Below, piece after piece: positions 51,101-58,849 of a DNA stretch of 64,000 bases. Made by a program: the position numbers and the translations under genes. Within the stretch, counting starts at the first letter, position 1, and each line of letters opens with the position of its first letter. The notes under the pieces are model-generated. The model was not told where the DNA came from, ran no database searches, and saw nothing but the letters and a program-made list of their open reading frames with translations. The stretch lies in NCBI GenBank assembly GCA_963797095.1, contig CAWCNY010000005.1, positions 448,001 through 512,000 on the forward strand. The letters run 5' to 3'. This stretch comes from an uncultured Chloroflexia bacterium (lineage in GTDB: Bacteria > Chloroflexota > Chloroflexia > QHBQ01 > JADMIH01).

Positions 51101-51654
51101 CCGACCGTGAGATTGAGGGCCACGGCGGCAGTATCGATAGTGATCGTGTGGCCGTTGGCGATAATCACGTCATCAGCGGCTGTGGGCACGAAGCCGCACG
51201 ACCACGTAGCTGGATTGTTCCAGTTGCCTGATCCATTTGAGATACAGGTAGCGAGAGGAGTTTTCGGGGGTGCAAGCGGTGCCGGTGGCAGAAGCTTAAC
51301 GCTTGGTGGACTCTGCGGAGGGGCTGAAGGCTGCGACCCCGGAAACGGTTTCGGGCCAACGTTTGTGTCCGCCGCACTATCCGGGTATGCTTCGATCGCG
51401 GAATCTGCCAGAGTTGTAGCTTCAGATTGCTTCTGGCTCGTGCCCTGGTCCTGTTGGCCCTGGTCCTTGCTCTCGGTCTGGCCCTGCCCCTTAGCCTGTT
51501 GGCTGAGCGGCGCGGGCACTCCCGCAGGCACTCCTGCGGGCACGCTTGCCGGCAGCCCCGCCATCGCTACACCGCTTAGCCCCATTGTAGCGATCAACAG
51601 CATTAAGACTGTTATGAGCCGCCAGGTATTGCGCCTGCTAGTCTCTTCTCCCAT
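39184..51654 (-). CDS. Giant 4156-aa secreted surface protein: beta-helix-like N-terminal region, 3 NIDO-like and 5 Kelch propeller modules, SLH-like anchor
   Basis: Single open frame, RBS GGAAGGAG, signal peptide; Kelch GG/YD/W repeats; DD..I.LPF.F.FYG..PYWDD modules; Thr/Pro linkers; FTDV..TRGQ SLH repeats. Confidence 0.9.
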   Translation of the reverse strand: MGEETSRRNTWRLITVLMLLIATMGLSGVAMAGLPASVPAGVPAGVPAPLSQQAKGQGQTESKDQGQQDQGTSQKQSEATTLADSAIEAYPDSAADTNVGPKPFPGSQPSAPPQSPPSVKLLPPAPLAPPKTPLATCISNGSGNWNNPATWSCGFVPTAADDVIIANGHTITIDTAAVALNLTVGQGTSGVLQYDPATAQSLTVGGNVTVAAGGTFQANPAGAVVTHALSIGGSLINTGAIDFSQNADTSQVAITFTGAGSANWSGSGATNLKSATGVTVDKGTSNASTLTFTPGAGAFTVQGGSALGFLAISNGTFEIGGSSAFSNPVFAAAAFTIPATGAFRLNDSNASIFGQAGSPTNNGLFRLSDGTWNIGTVGTNVLGAGTGAMFTFEGGTLNLAGRMATANAVTVNLSGGVINVCMAGTCSTTPSYGFTSASTISNYSGGTINLVQNNGLATADYNVAGTMNFTGGTLNIGTAATAGTFTFRAQGQLPHLVIDNTTNAKTLNLTGQTNVWGNLTINTGTTLNTNPGTAQALVQIGPTLINNGAIVNTSSNTGIVAFAGNLGTSPAQTYAGTGTFGSVTNPIGTLQLQNAGGLTITPGVSTLYTLRINALFGAITGANNITLGIGGASTGIVQRGNGTTNGFALPAGTLDVSPTFNVGTGGLNVIYAPANSNISTGPEIPATRTVNLISISNEFGVTLAGGPLTATATSGALTLVSGVLTTSAVNLLTLTATNTTAVSGGNAASYVNGPLERTLPASLAVGSTYTFPVGKGSLKMLELVNPTTSAGGTVVVRGEVFDASSGGSAGTGLDGIRNDRYWSTQFVSGAANFITSTVRLTEPSISGVNSIGYSATQGGSYDSIGGAVSGATIASVAGTPVTGAGFFTVGTLTGQGPANIAGGTYTVGAAGTYTTLTAAIAAINGRALSGPVTLSLIDGVYAGETYPITLTGIGTSAANTLTIKPSVGPANSTPSFTGSSASALIILNGAKYVVIDGSNTAGGSSRDLTFTNTNTGTSSAVVWGQSIGTAASASNNTIKNLNLVGNAVSTTVAGVGFGSTTISTSSLGTANNNNTFQNNFVTTTQIGIYSQGASSSIKNLGNVITGNLVGSTGGGSVGRVGIDVGFQDGIQITGNNVASVVAATFASGGSYGINLGGSIGGNSLAPAGNEVSNSSVTGNYIGTVQQPSTTGWSSIGMLVVGATVGTNVIANNSIYGVLNGTTPSDVTIGIFVVGVNAFGVNTQIYFNSVSMTGFRDAISTPATMPSYALAIAGTNPIVDVRNNSLYNTQTAANTTAASSYAIGLASALPLSNLTINYNDLYTSGANGKLTRFGSLAASAGTDSTTLAAWQANTGKDLNSISADPMYTSATDLQPLSGSQLFGAGQAIAGITTDILGFVRGNPPTIGAYEYTAGGPPTATSTSTSTSTNTPVPATNTSTNTATNTQVPATNTATNTVNVPTATATCQIPQNYNTSLSTGATIVPGTTDTGNHADDVLTSITLPFPYQLYDTVYTSAQVASNGALFFGTANATFNITCIPNALGTYVIAPYWGDQCTGPCFNTPCTGCGIFTSVSGSSPNQIFNIEYRTNYYGQTGQTQSLLDYEIRLYQGQTRYDVIYGPMVAATVANDSQLTVGVQKNPTSYTVIGACDTTGGQSPPVSTGQMYVYTLGACTSSTPTLSVTPTNSPASTATSTATQTNTAVPTNTQTSTPTNTAGAATATPTCSANGTIGAWTVGNPLPASLESPNADGDSTNAYSAGGYDGVAGSVSSLFARYNPATNTWTSLTAMSPAADGVGTVYSPINNKIYVFGGADNPGNGLSTTRIYDIAGGTWSTGAAMPAARNRFAGKGYYNGKIYLVGGSTDISYANAQATTWEYDPVANTWNTSRANMPVALLTGGSGVVNGHLYVIGGANSGGTAVATVYDYDIAANTWTTRTSVPTAVAQPGTGVIGSQIVIFGGGTPFLGDGKTLSAREHTASRVPNAVNTTRIFETSGYTWSVGPNLNVARSLQAGARAGNYLVSIAGYDGSTSDVNTTELSFITIVPCATATNTPVGATNTSTSTNTPVGATATPTACVAGYTIATATGTIVPGTTDTSNHGDDVTTTINLPFAMSFYGNSYNTAIVGSNGTLGFVANGNAFTNACLPAAAENYAILPYWDDQRTDTGLSGCTAWANGCGIFTTQVGSTFYIDYHTVLFADNSVPLEYEIILTQGSSSFSVVYGTGITDTGSETIGVQKDTGSVFTQYKCNTASPAITGGLQLNFIAGSCGPTNTPAATNTPAPLTSTPTGTNTPSGATATATPCVPAVWTIKAPFGAGPVVRGLGVWYPNNSKFYVLGGRSTDVAGSDYLNPHEYDPVADTWITKTAVFTDAQVNNIVGGVMTVPGFANPVIVMVGGSAAGAATSSNAVRVYDPIADTITTLGDNWPQAPTASTLPGGGAIYQNKLYILGGFNINVSMINTIWVFDPSQPAGSRWTLKSATLPVAMGYIPATTVGSMIYIGGGSLYTTTIVDSNNSYAYNPVADTITTIATIPRATGETRAVTIGGQMWVLGGGRTAPNPSTEVDIYDPGTDTWSLGLPMASAARNAAADTDGSRVFVAGGYGTAGTPTNITQVYAGGGCASATPTAVGPSPTPCSVGGIPGPWATSTTGPSARYRNTGISDGTYVYVMGGGTSSGTYLNDLWRWDPTGQTWTQLANMPTAKQNAQAAYWNGKIYLPGGYIGTHITENAIYDIASNTWSTGAPLPAARSGMSAAYNGKIYVVGGNPVPFNDIIVYDIATDSWSTAGATLPVGLAYGRAITVGSYIYVIGGIAGGTTVGTVYRYDPVADVVTTMAPLQQARTWEELMSDGTSIFAVAGGGPGTSYFNGVPLANTVEIYDIATDSWTYGNPVVTTASSVGGGSAGGKLMIQGGVDGVSYYDLVQVSTLQGGGGCTPVPTNTPGGPTNTPLPSATPTTCVANYTLTTSTGATIVPGTTMVSGSNCDDCVNPAAIPFPFTFYGNSYSSVNVDSNGTLQFVSSTSTFTNACEPYASHNYVIHAYWDDLLLTTAGDGIYTSVSGSAPNRIFNVEWRGCYYSGGVCGTRVSFEARLYEGTGQIDVIYATVGNGNSSATGGVQKDTGSLFLQAFCNGSGQPVSAGSMFTYMPGSCATGTPATATPTNTPGGATATPTCVAGGVWTPGAALPGARLRYGFAQNGNDLYVIGGLDATFASTTANSRYNAATNTWTTLAPVPASSEANSCAYLSGFIYCTQGFDGPGFYIYNVGTDTWTTGPSVPGVTDTYGSAVGASGTNVYVVGGGSGGASTSVEVYSTTGNTWSSGTAAPSPYLLGGYTSVGQYLYAIGSYGATPLTKGTNPNTNPNLPASSIKNARQDKVEAPDANSTASLRLDMSSGTWTSGPTWTQGRADMALAYDPAGGKLYAIGGDAQNGTYFDFTNAVDEYSVSAWPGGSFTASAPLLPTGRQANQAGFYSTGRAGGEIWSTGGYNGGALAEHLYRGTGGCGATATPTPVGPSPTPTCIAGGASWGAGPDFNDPLGNIRGLGVYFPPTGKFYVIGGRDSDSAGSDSINPHIYDPVANSWSTASSTVVPDNQVNNMGGGVVTVSGTPMIVVVGGSAAGATTGTSAVRYYNPSTDTWTDISSTDAWPAPTDTLPGGYAVVNNKLYILGGFTINIGMTQEVWEFDPNGTAGSRWTLKGSTLLPQPLGYIPTAAIGGMIYTAGGSGWDGTTIFDTDYSYKYDPTTNTLTTITSIPRLTAETRALTMGGEMWVMGGGRDAPNPSNEVDVYDPGTDSWSVGTPFVTARRNFAVDTDGGGTIWLVGGYAPSTATANMEIYTSGGGCVTPTETPTTPPSTNTPTDTPVAPSATNTQVPGTATDTPVVPPTDTDTPVVPPTDTDTPIVPPTDTAVVPPTDTAVVPPTATDTAVVPTATATATACPVDFTDVHPTDWFYEYVQWMYCHGVVNGYSTSPPCDTGTPCFKPGNPTTRGQLAKIVVLAFNFTIDTTGGPHFQDVPIGHTFYVHVETAYNLGLIVGYPCGGPGEPCGAGSKPYYRPASYVTRGQITKIVVGAAVLADPSNWTLENPPTNTFEDVAVGSTFYQYIETAYSHGVIEGYPCGTPPAGPCVAPGNKPYFLPNADATRAQISKIAYLSVLYTPSAAKPNN

Positions 51655-51945
51655 CTCAATCTCCTTCCTGCTCTCCCGTAAATGACAGTGCCGCTTTCCA
51701 CGCCAACATGCCCACCCTACATTCGGGCGGGCTAATGTTTCCCCTATATAGTTCTAGCCATTACCAAAAGCCGGTACAGATCCATGTGCCAACTTTCTTC
51801 CTGTCAGCCCATGAGCTTGTTGCATTCCACACACACCGTTGTATGGGACGATCATATAGATCGCAACAAAAGCCATTGCGACAAGAGACTAGAATCCGGA
51901 TGCATCAGAAATATCTTCCCTGATGTAACTCATCCGGATTGAGCG

Positions 51946-51974
51946 ATTATATCCTACTCCCAACCGCCCGTCAA
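51946..51974 (-). promoter_or_regulatory. Sigma-70 promoter of the giant gene
   Basis: TTGACG-N17-TATAAT on the minus strand. Confidence 0.7.
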
Positions 51975-52384
51975 TAGATTTCGGGACCAATTCCTGACCT
52001 TTGGTCCGGCGAATTTTGTTTTCTCCTACTGATCCATAGTCGATCGATTATCAAACACGTGTTGCAGGCTTTAACATTTAATCCTTTACTCCAGATTTAT
52101 CTATATATGTTGCCGCCCCACCAGTCGGTTTATGTGTGTTATCCTATCCTACCACTAAGGCATCTCTTATCCGGCCCGGCCATTCACCGAACATACACCC
52201 ATTTATACTGCCCCTTCCACCTTGATCCTGTAAATAATAAAGGAGGGCTAGCACTTGTTCACCGCACAAGTGTTAGCCTCTTCTCTATTCCTGCAGCTAT
52301 GTGCGCTGCCTCGTCTCCTTGAATATGCCGCCCCGCTCGATTGGCCCGCTCGATTGAGATGATGACCTCTCGCTCCGTAGGCCC

Positions 52385-52434
52385 TTGACACGAACTAGAA
52401 CAAGCGCTACAATCTTGACTGACCAATCAATCAA
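52385..52434 (+). promoter_or_regulatory. TetR-gene promoter with a putative operator
   Basis: TTGACA-N17-TACAAT followed by the inverted repeat TTGACTGA-CCAA-TCAATCAA (52415-52434). Confidence 0.75.
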
Positions 52435-52452
52435 CAAACCGCAGTGTAAGCC

Positions 52453-53091
52453 ATGCCACCAAGAGACGAACGAGACTATGAAGCCCGTCGCCAGCAGATT
52501 ATGGATGCGGCGCTGGAGGTCTTTGCCAGCAAAGGCTTCGAAAAAGCCACTAACAAAGACATCGCCCAGGCCGCCCACATCAAATCCCCCGGCCTCATCT
52601 ACCACTACTTCAAAGACAAATTCGATCTCTTGCGCCACATCATCCAGCAGCGCGCCCCCGCCCTCCAGCTAATAACTCACTCCGAAGAATTGATGGATAG
52701 GCCCCCACGCGAAGTTCTTCCCCTCTTTGCCGACAGCTTTATCAGAACCCTCACCGACGAAACCACCCTCTCCGGCTTCAAGCTCCTCCTCGGCGAGTCG
52801 CTTCGCAAGCCCCTGGTAGCCGATATGTTCAACAGGATCGGCCCTCGCCGCGCCTTCTCATTCCTCACCAGCTATTTTCAGCATCAAATGGACCTCGGCA
52901 ACCTCCGCCCAATGGACCCCGGAGCAGCCGTCCGCTGCTTCGTCGGCCCCATGGTCATCTTCGTCCTCACTCGCGAGGTCTTCCCCCAGGCCGATAAGGA
53001 CACCCTATCACCCCAAACTATGGTCGATACCATGATCGACATCTTCCTGAGAGGTATGCAACCCAACTCCATCGTCCCGCCCCCACCCTGA
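52453..53091 (+). CDS. TetR/AcrR family transcriptional regulator
   Basis: RRQQIMDAALEVFASKGFEKAT..DIA..A...PGLIYHYFKDK. Confidence 0.93.
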   Translation: MPPRDERDYEARRQQIMDAALEVFASKGFEKATNKDIAQAAHIKSPGLIYHYFKDKFDLLRHIIQQRAPALQLITHSEELMDRPPREVLPLFADSFIRTLTDETTLSGFKLLLGESLRKPLVADMFNRIGPRRAFSFLTSYFQHQMDLGNLRPMDPGAAVRCFVGPMVIFVLTREVFPQADKDTLSPQTMVDTMIDIFLRGMQPNSIVPPPP

Positions 53092-53150
53092 TCCATATCT
53101 TCTTACCTCCTTATTAATTGAACATTCAATCAAACTACAAGGGAGACACC

Positions 53151-53936
53151 ATGATCGCAAACCAGACCACGCCTCACTCACCCAACCATCAGAACAGCGA
53201 CTTCGTCGTGCAGGCCGACAACCTCACCAAGCAGTTCGGCGATATACATGCCCTCGACGGCTTTACCCTCAATATCAAGCGTGGAGAATCGTTCGGCCTG
53301 CTTGGCCCCAACGGCGCGGGCAAAACCACCTTCATCCGCATGATCGCGGGCCTAGTCCTGCCCACATCCGGCTCTCTTCAGGTGCTCGGCCAATCTGTGC
53401 CCGCCCACGCGGCTGCGGTGCGCCCCAAAATAGGCTATATGACCCAGCTTCAGGCCCTCTACACCGACCTCTCGGTCTGGGAAAACGTCCAATTCTTCGC
53501 CCTTGTGTTCGGCCTCAACAAAAAACCTGAGCGCGACCGCCGCATCGAGGAGGTCCTTACCCTGGTCGAATTGCTCCCGCGCAAAGACTCCCTGGTCAGC
53601 AACCTGAGCGGCGGCCTGAAGCAGCGCCTCTCACTTGCCTGCTCCCTTGTCCACAACCCCCTCCTTCTCCTCCTTGACGAGCCGACCGTGGGCGTTGACC
53701 CACAGTTGCGCCAGAGCTTCTGGGGCTACTTCCGCACCCTCAACGCCAGGGGCGTGACCATAGTGGTCTCAAGCCACGTGATGGACGAAGCCGACCGCTG
53801 CGACCGCCTCGGCCTCATCCAGTATGGCAAACTCCTGGCCATCGGAACCCCCCTCGAAATCCGCCAACAAGGCGGCAGCGACAACCTCGAAGAAGCTTTC
53901 CTGACCCTCGCCACGACAAAGGAAGGTAATCGGTAA
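53151..53936 (+). CDS. ABC-2 exporter ATP-binding protein
   Basis: GPNGAGKTT, LSGG, LLLDEPTVGVDP, SSH. Confidence 0.93.
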   Translation: MIANQTTPHSPNHQNSDFVVQADNLTKQFGDIHALDGFTLNIKRGESFGLLGPNGAGKTTFIRMIAGLVLPTSGSLQVLGQSVPAHAAAVRPKIGYMTQLQALYTDLSVWENVQFFALVFGLNKKPERDRRIEEVLTLVELLPRKDSLVSNLSGGLKQRLSLACSLVHNPLLLLLDEPTVGVDPQLRQSFWGYFRTLNARGVTIVVSSHVMDEADRCDRLGLIQYGKLLAIGTPLEIRQQGGSDNLEEAFLTLATTKEGNR

Positions 53937-54020
53937 GAGAAACCAAGAATCGGCAAGTATCGTCCTCCGACTACCGGCTACCAGGAATCAGGAACTAGAA
54001 ACTACTACCAAGGAGCCTCA

Positions 54021-55172
54021 ATGAACCTCTCCCGAATATTCGCCATTACGGGCCGCATCATCGCCCAGTTTCGGCGCGACCACCGTACCCTGGCCCTAAT
54101 CTTCATCGCCCCCATCCTCATCATGACTATCTTCGGCTATGTCTTCCGCTCCCAGGAGAGCAGCACCACCAACGTGGCTCTCATCAACGAAGATCAGCCC
54201 CCGGCGGGCCAGACAAGCCTCACCGGACCCATCATCGACAGCCTCAAGTCCAACGACGACCTCGTTATTACCGAAATGAGCCGGGCCGATGCCGACACCG
54301 CTCTCCGCGACGGCTCACAGAAGGTCGCCCTCGCATTCGGCCCCGACTTCACCTCCCAACTGCAAACCCAGCACAGCGCCTCAGTCGATGTGATCGTGGA
54401 AGGCTCCAATCCCTCGCAGGCCGGGAGCGCTCTGAGCTCCGTCGGGCAGGCAGTGCTTGCCAGCGCTCCGGTCGTTCTCAAGTCAGTCCTCCCACCCCCC
54501 ATGAACACCCTTGCCCCCGATACCCTCCCCCTCAAGATCAACACCGTCCGCCTTTACGGCAGCGCGGATATCAAGCCGCTCGATTTCTTCGCGCCCATGT
54601 TTATCGCCTACATCGGCTTCTTCCTCGTCTTCCTCCTGACCAGCGTCTCCTTCCTACGCGAGCGCACCCAGGGCACAATGGAGCGCCTCATGGCATCCCC
54701 CGTCACCCGCCTTGAGCTTGTGCTGGGCTACATGCTCGGCTTCGGCTTCTTCTCCCTGATCCAGGCTATAGTGCTGGTCCTCTTCACCATCTACGCCCTC
54801 CAGATCAAATATGAGGGCAACATCCTCTCCGTATTCGTGGTGAGCCTGGCCCTGGTGCTTGGGGCTGTCAACCTCGGCATCTTCCTGTCTGCCTTCGCCC
54901 GCAACGAGCTACAGGCTATCCAGTTCATCCCCATCGTGATCCTCCCCCAGGTCCTTCTCTCCGGCCTCCTCTGGCCTGTTCAGGACATGCCGGCCTGGCT
55001 CCAGGTGATCGCACGTATCTTCCCCCTCACCTACGCCATCGATGCCCTCACCGACATCATGATCCGAGGCCATACCCTCATCGACAACTGGCTACCACTC
55101 CTCTACCTCCTCGCCTTCGCCGCTCTCGCCGCCGTCGTGGCTGCGGGCACCGTCCGCCGGGAGGTGGCGTAG
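54021..55172 (+). CDS. ABC-2 exporter permease
   Basis: RDHRTL; RERTQGTMERLMASP; LSGLLWP...MP..LQ...PLTY. Confidence 0.92.
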   Translation: MNLSRIFAITGRIIAQFRRDHRTLALIFIAPILIMTIFGYVFRSQESSTTNVALINEDQPPAGQTSLTGPIIDSLKSNDDLVITEMSRADADTALRDGSQKVALAFGPDFTSQLQTQHSASVDVIVEGSNPSQAGSALSSVGQAVLASAPVVLKSVLPPPMNTLAPDTLPLKINTVRLYGSADIKPLDFFAPMFIAYIGFFLVFLLTSVSFLRERTQGTMERLMASPVTRLELVLGYMLGFGFFSLIQAIVLVLFTIYALQIKYEGNILSVFVVSLALVLGAVNLGIFLSAFARNELQAIQFIPIVILPQVLLSGLLWPVQDMPAWLQVIARIFPLTYAIDALTDIMIRGHTLIDNWLPLLYLLAFAALAAVVAAGTVRREVA

Positions 55173-55358
55173 TCCCGCCAACAAAGTCGGCCAAAACCGG
55201 ATAAGAATGTTATAATGCGCTCACAATAGCACCCCTCAACCAATTCGTCTCTTCGCGCCCCATTGCCTTCGCTGGCGCGGATCACCTCCCGCCCGTAGTC
55301 GCAAGTTCCGGTCGCAGACCATGATGAGATGCATAAGGTGGCGGATCTGAGGTGGGAA

Positions 55359-57929
55359 ATGCGCTACCCCCCGGCAACTTCACACACGGGTACAAAGCAC
55401 CTAATTCTTCCCCATCCACGGCGTGCACCCGCGACCTCATATAGATTGCTAATCACTTGCGGAGTATTGTGCTGCCTGCTGATCGCCGCGGCCCTCCTGC
55501 GCTTGCCCACACACAACGCCAACGCTACAACCCTCAAGCCGGTTGGTGCTGCCGTGCCCTCCTCTTTCGACCCCTTCCACAACACATTCACCCCGCTGCG
55601 CGACCCCGCGCCCTTCCACGACGCCACTCCTCCCGGCGTGCCCGGTCTCTACGGCAGCAATCTCGCCTGGGGCGACTACGATAACGATGGCCTTCTCGAT
55701 TTTGTGCTGATTGGCAGCCCATTCAGCGACCCCCTGGTCCGCCTCTACCACAACGACGGCGATGGCGCTTTCCACGATGCCACCCCTCTCAATTGGCCCG
55801 GCGTCTTCAGAGGCGAGGCTGTCTGGGGCGACTACGACAACGATGGCCTCCTCGACCTCCTCTATATAGGCTACTCCGGTTCCCCATCCGATGTGACCAA
55901 ACTGTATCACAACGACGGCAACGGCGCTTTCCACGATGCCACCCCTCCCGGCGTGCCCGGCGCTATGGATGGCATGGCCGCCTGGGCCGATTACGACAAC
56001 GATGGCCTCCTCGATTTCGTGGTGGCAGGGTTTCACCTCAGCCCTTCAAGCAGCGATATGATCCATCTCTACCACAACGACGGCGATGGCGCTTTCCACG
56101 ACGCCACCCCTCCCGTCTTCACCCCTATCGGCATCGGAAGCATAGCCTGGGGCGACTACGACAACGATGGCCGCCCCGATTTACTCATCACAGGCGAGGC
56201 CCCCACCGCCATCGTACTTCGCCTCTACCACAACGACGGCGATGGCGCTTTCCACGACACTACCCCTCCGGTCCTGCCTACCTTTATACCCGACTATGCC
56301 ACCGTGGCCTGGGGCGATTATGACAACGATGGGCTGCTCGACTTCGTGCTCGCTGGTGTCCCTCCAATTGGCAACGCGACCAGCCGCCTCTACCATAACG
56401 ACGGTGGCGGCACGTTCCATGAAGTAACTCAGGCTAATCTGCCAGGACTCGCGATCGGTGATGCGGATTGGGGCGACTTCGATAACGATGGCCTGATCGA
56501 CCTCGCCATCGTCGGTGACGATACCCATTTCATGCGCTATAGCAAGCTATACCACAACGATGGCGGCGGCCTCTTCTCGGATGTAACCCCCACCGGCTGG
56601 TCTGCCGTAGACACGGGTGGCATCGACTGGGGCGACTACGACAACGACGGTCGCCTCGACCTCCTCCTCACAGGCCAGGCTGACAGTGCTACCTACGTCA
56701 CTCGCCTCTACCACAACGACGCCACCCTCGCCAATACCCCACCCGGCGCACCCGGCAACCTGTCTACGTCCGAAATCGACACCAATAGCGTGCGCCTATC
56801 GTGGAGCGCCGCCACCGATCCGCAGACACCTTCCTCCGGCTTGAGCTACAACCTGCGCGTGGGCACCTCCCCAGGCGCCTCCGATATAGTCGGCCCCATG
56901 GCGAACACCACCGTAATCACAGAGCCCGATGGCCTGCGCCGCCTGCCCGCTCTCGGCCGTGCCCGCCCCAACCTCACAACCACCCTCAACAGCCTCCTCC
57001 CCGGCCAAACCTACTACTGGAGCGTCCAGAGCATTGACCCCGCCCTGGCAGGCGGCCCCTTCGCCACCGAAAGTCAGTTCACCATAACAGGCGGCTCCCC
57101 CACACCAACTGGAACAATCGCTCCCACGGCAACACGCACCGGCACGCCTACGCCAACACACTCCGCCACAAACACCCCTACCAACACTCCGGCCAACACC
57201 GTAACCGTAACCGCAATCCCTACCAATACTAATACGCCCACAGATACCCCTACCTCCACCCCCATAATTACCGCCACCCCTCCTGCCACAGCCACCGGCA
57301 CATCCACAAGCACCAATACCCCAGCCTCCACTCCACCTGCCATTCCCACTAGCACACCGTCGGCCACCCCAACTTCAACGTCTACCCCATGCGTAATCGC
57401 ATTCACCGATGTCCAGCCCACCGACTACTTCTACGAACCCGTGCGCTCCCTCTACTGCTCAGGCGCTATCTCAGGCTACCCGGACAACACTTTCCGCCCC
57501 TACAACAACGCCTCCAGGGGCCAGCTCACCAAGATCGTGGTCCTTGCCCAGGCTATGTCAATCAATACAGATGGTGGCCCTCACTTTAGCGACGTGTCCC
57601 TCTCCAATCCCTTCTACGATTACATAGAAACCGCCTTCAACGCCCACATAATCTCAGGCTATGACGACGGTACATTCCGCTGGAGCAACAACATCACAAG
57701 AGGCCAGCTTACCAAGATCGTTGTCAACACCAGGGGGTGGACCATAAACACCAACGGTGGTCCGCACTTCCCGGACGTGCCTCAAGGCTCCACCTTCTAC
57801 GACTTCATAGAGACCGCATACAACCACGCTATCATCTCCGGCTATCCCGACGGCAGCTTCGGACCTGCCAATCCTGCCACTCGCGGGCAGATCGCCAAGA
57901 TCGTTTACCTCGCCACGTCCGGGCCTTAA
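55359..57929 (+). CDS. Secreted FG-GAP/VCBS repeat protein with FN3, Thr/Pro linker and SLH-like C-terminus
   Basis: Seven W(G/A)DYDNDG.LD...LYHNDG repeats; YYWSVQ; FTDV...RGQ repeats; start uncertain (55329 or 55359). Confidence 0.88.
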   Translation: MRYPPATSHTGTKHLILPHPRRAPATSYRLLITCGVLCCLLIAAALLRLPTHNANATTLKPVGAAVPSSFDPFHNTFTPLRDPAPFHDATPPGVPGLYGSNLAWGDYDNDGLLDFVLIGSPFSDPLVRLYHNDGDGAFHDATPLNWPGVFRGEAVWGDYDNDGLLDLLYIGYSGSPSDVTKLYHNDGNGAFHDATPPGVPGAMDGMAAWADYDNDGLLDFVVAGFHLSPSSSDMIHLYHNDGDGAFHDATPPVFTPIGIGSIAWGDYDNDGRPDLLITGEAPTAIVLRLYHNDGDGAFHDTTPPVLPTFIPDYATVAWGDYDNDGLLDFVLAGVPPIGNATSRLYHNDGGGTFHEVTQANLPGLAIGDADWGDFDNDGLIDLAIVGDDTHFMRYSKLYHNDGGGLFSDVTPTGWSAVDTGGIDWGDYDNDGRLDLLLTGQADSATYVTRLYHNDATLANTPPGAPGNLSTSEIDTNSVRLSWSAATDPQTPSSGLSYNLRVGTSPGASDIVGPMANTTVITEPDGLRRLPALGRARPNLTTTLNSLLPGQTYYWSVQSIDPALAGGPFATESQFTITGGSPTPTGTIAPTATRTGTPTPTHSATNTPTNTPANTVTVTAIPTNTNTPTDTPTSTPIITATPPATATGTSTSTNTPASTPPAIPTSTPSATPTSTSTPCVIAFTDVQPTDYFYEPVRSLYCSGAISGYPDNTFRPYNNASRGQLTKIVVLAQAMSINTDGGPHFSDVSLSNPFYDYIETAFNAHIISGYDDGTFRWSNNITRGQLTKIVVNTRGWTINTNGGPHFPDVPQGSTFYDFIETAYNHAIISGYPDGSFGPANPATRGQIAKIVYLATSGP

Positions 57930-58096
57930 CTCTGCCTCGATATTCCCTACCTGGGGTTATCGTGCGACTTCTGAAGCGCGTCCGTCGCCACCCGGTCTAA
58001 TTCTTGCTACCTTAATATTTCCTGTCTGGTATAATAGAGGCTGACTATGCAATTGACACTATTCCTGTCAAAGTAGCCAATCTAGGAGGCACGAAT

Positions 58097-58792
58097 ATGA
58101 GTAACAAACGCACGATCAAAGCCCTCGAAGACCTGGTCAAAACAGAATACATGGCCGTTGCGGCCCTCGACAACGCCCTCGAAGAAGCTGAAGACAGCCG
58201 CATCCGCAAGAACTTTAAGAAATGGCGCGATTCCCACATGAAGCAGGCCGGCGCCCTCAACAGTCGCCTTGAGGAGCTTGGCGGCGAGCCAGTTGACTAC
58301 GACGAAGCCGGTAGCGGCAAGGGTCAGGGTGGCCTCTGGGGCCGCATCACCGGCATGAAAGACGCAACAGGAGTCGCCGGTATGCGCATCGGCGCTGAGC
58401 GCGGCCTCAAGCGATACATCGACAACCTCGATGAGATCGAGGATGCCAAAGCCCTCAATATCATCCGCAAAAATCTCGAAGCCAAGCAGGACGAGATCAA
58501 CTGGTACGACGAGCAGTTGGGCAAGGAGCGCACCGCCACCGTCGAAACCAAAATGGAAGTCGCCGCAGAGAAGGCCGAAGCCTCAGACAAGGCCGAGGGG
58601 GTTGCCGCCGGTAGCCAGAACGGCCACAAGAAAGGCGGCCTCCCCTTCCCACTCCTCGTAGCCGCAGGCGCTCTCGGAGCAGTTGCCTACTTCCTCCTCC
58701 GCCGTAGCGATGAAGATGAATACGACGAATACGGGGAAGACGCTTTCCGCTACGAGACAGAAGAGGAAGCCAGCGACCAGGTAACGAGCTAA
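58097..58792 (+). CDS. Ferritin-like (DUF2383/PA2169-like) protein with a C-terminal TM helix
   Basis: EYMAVAAL...H...L...LEELGGEP...E...Y; RBS AGGAGG; promoter TGGTATAAT at 58027. Confidence 0.7.
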   Translation: MSNKRTIKALEDLVKTEYMAVAALDNALEEAEDSRIRKNFKKWRDSHMKQAGALNSRLEELGGEPVDYDEAGSGKGQGGLWGRITGMKDATGVAGMRIGAERGLKRYIDNLDEIEDAKALNIIRKNLEAKQDEINWYDEQLGKERTATVETKMEVAAEKAEASDKAEGVAAGSQNGHKKGGLPFPLLVAAGALGAVAYFLLRRSDEDEYDEYGEDAFRYETEEEASDQVTS

Positions 58793-58803
58793 CCCCAGCG
58801 AAT

Positions 58804-58838
58804 CAAAAGAGGCGCGTCACTCAGGCGCGCCTTTTTGC
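58804..58838. terminator. Terminator between convergent genes
   Basis: AAAAGAGGCGCG...CGCGCCTTTTT hairpin. Confidence 0.65.
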
Positions 58839-58849
58839 TTTGCCAAATC

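Noticed and set aside
39184-57929. Diversity-generating retroelement acting on the repeat-rich surface proteins
   Set aside because: No reverse transcriptase is present, and no template/variable repeat pair differing only at adenines was seen.
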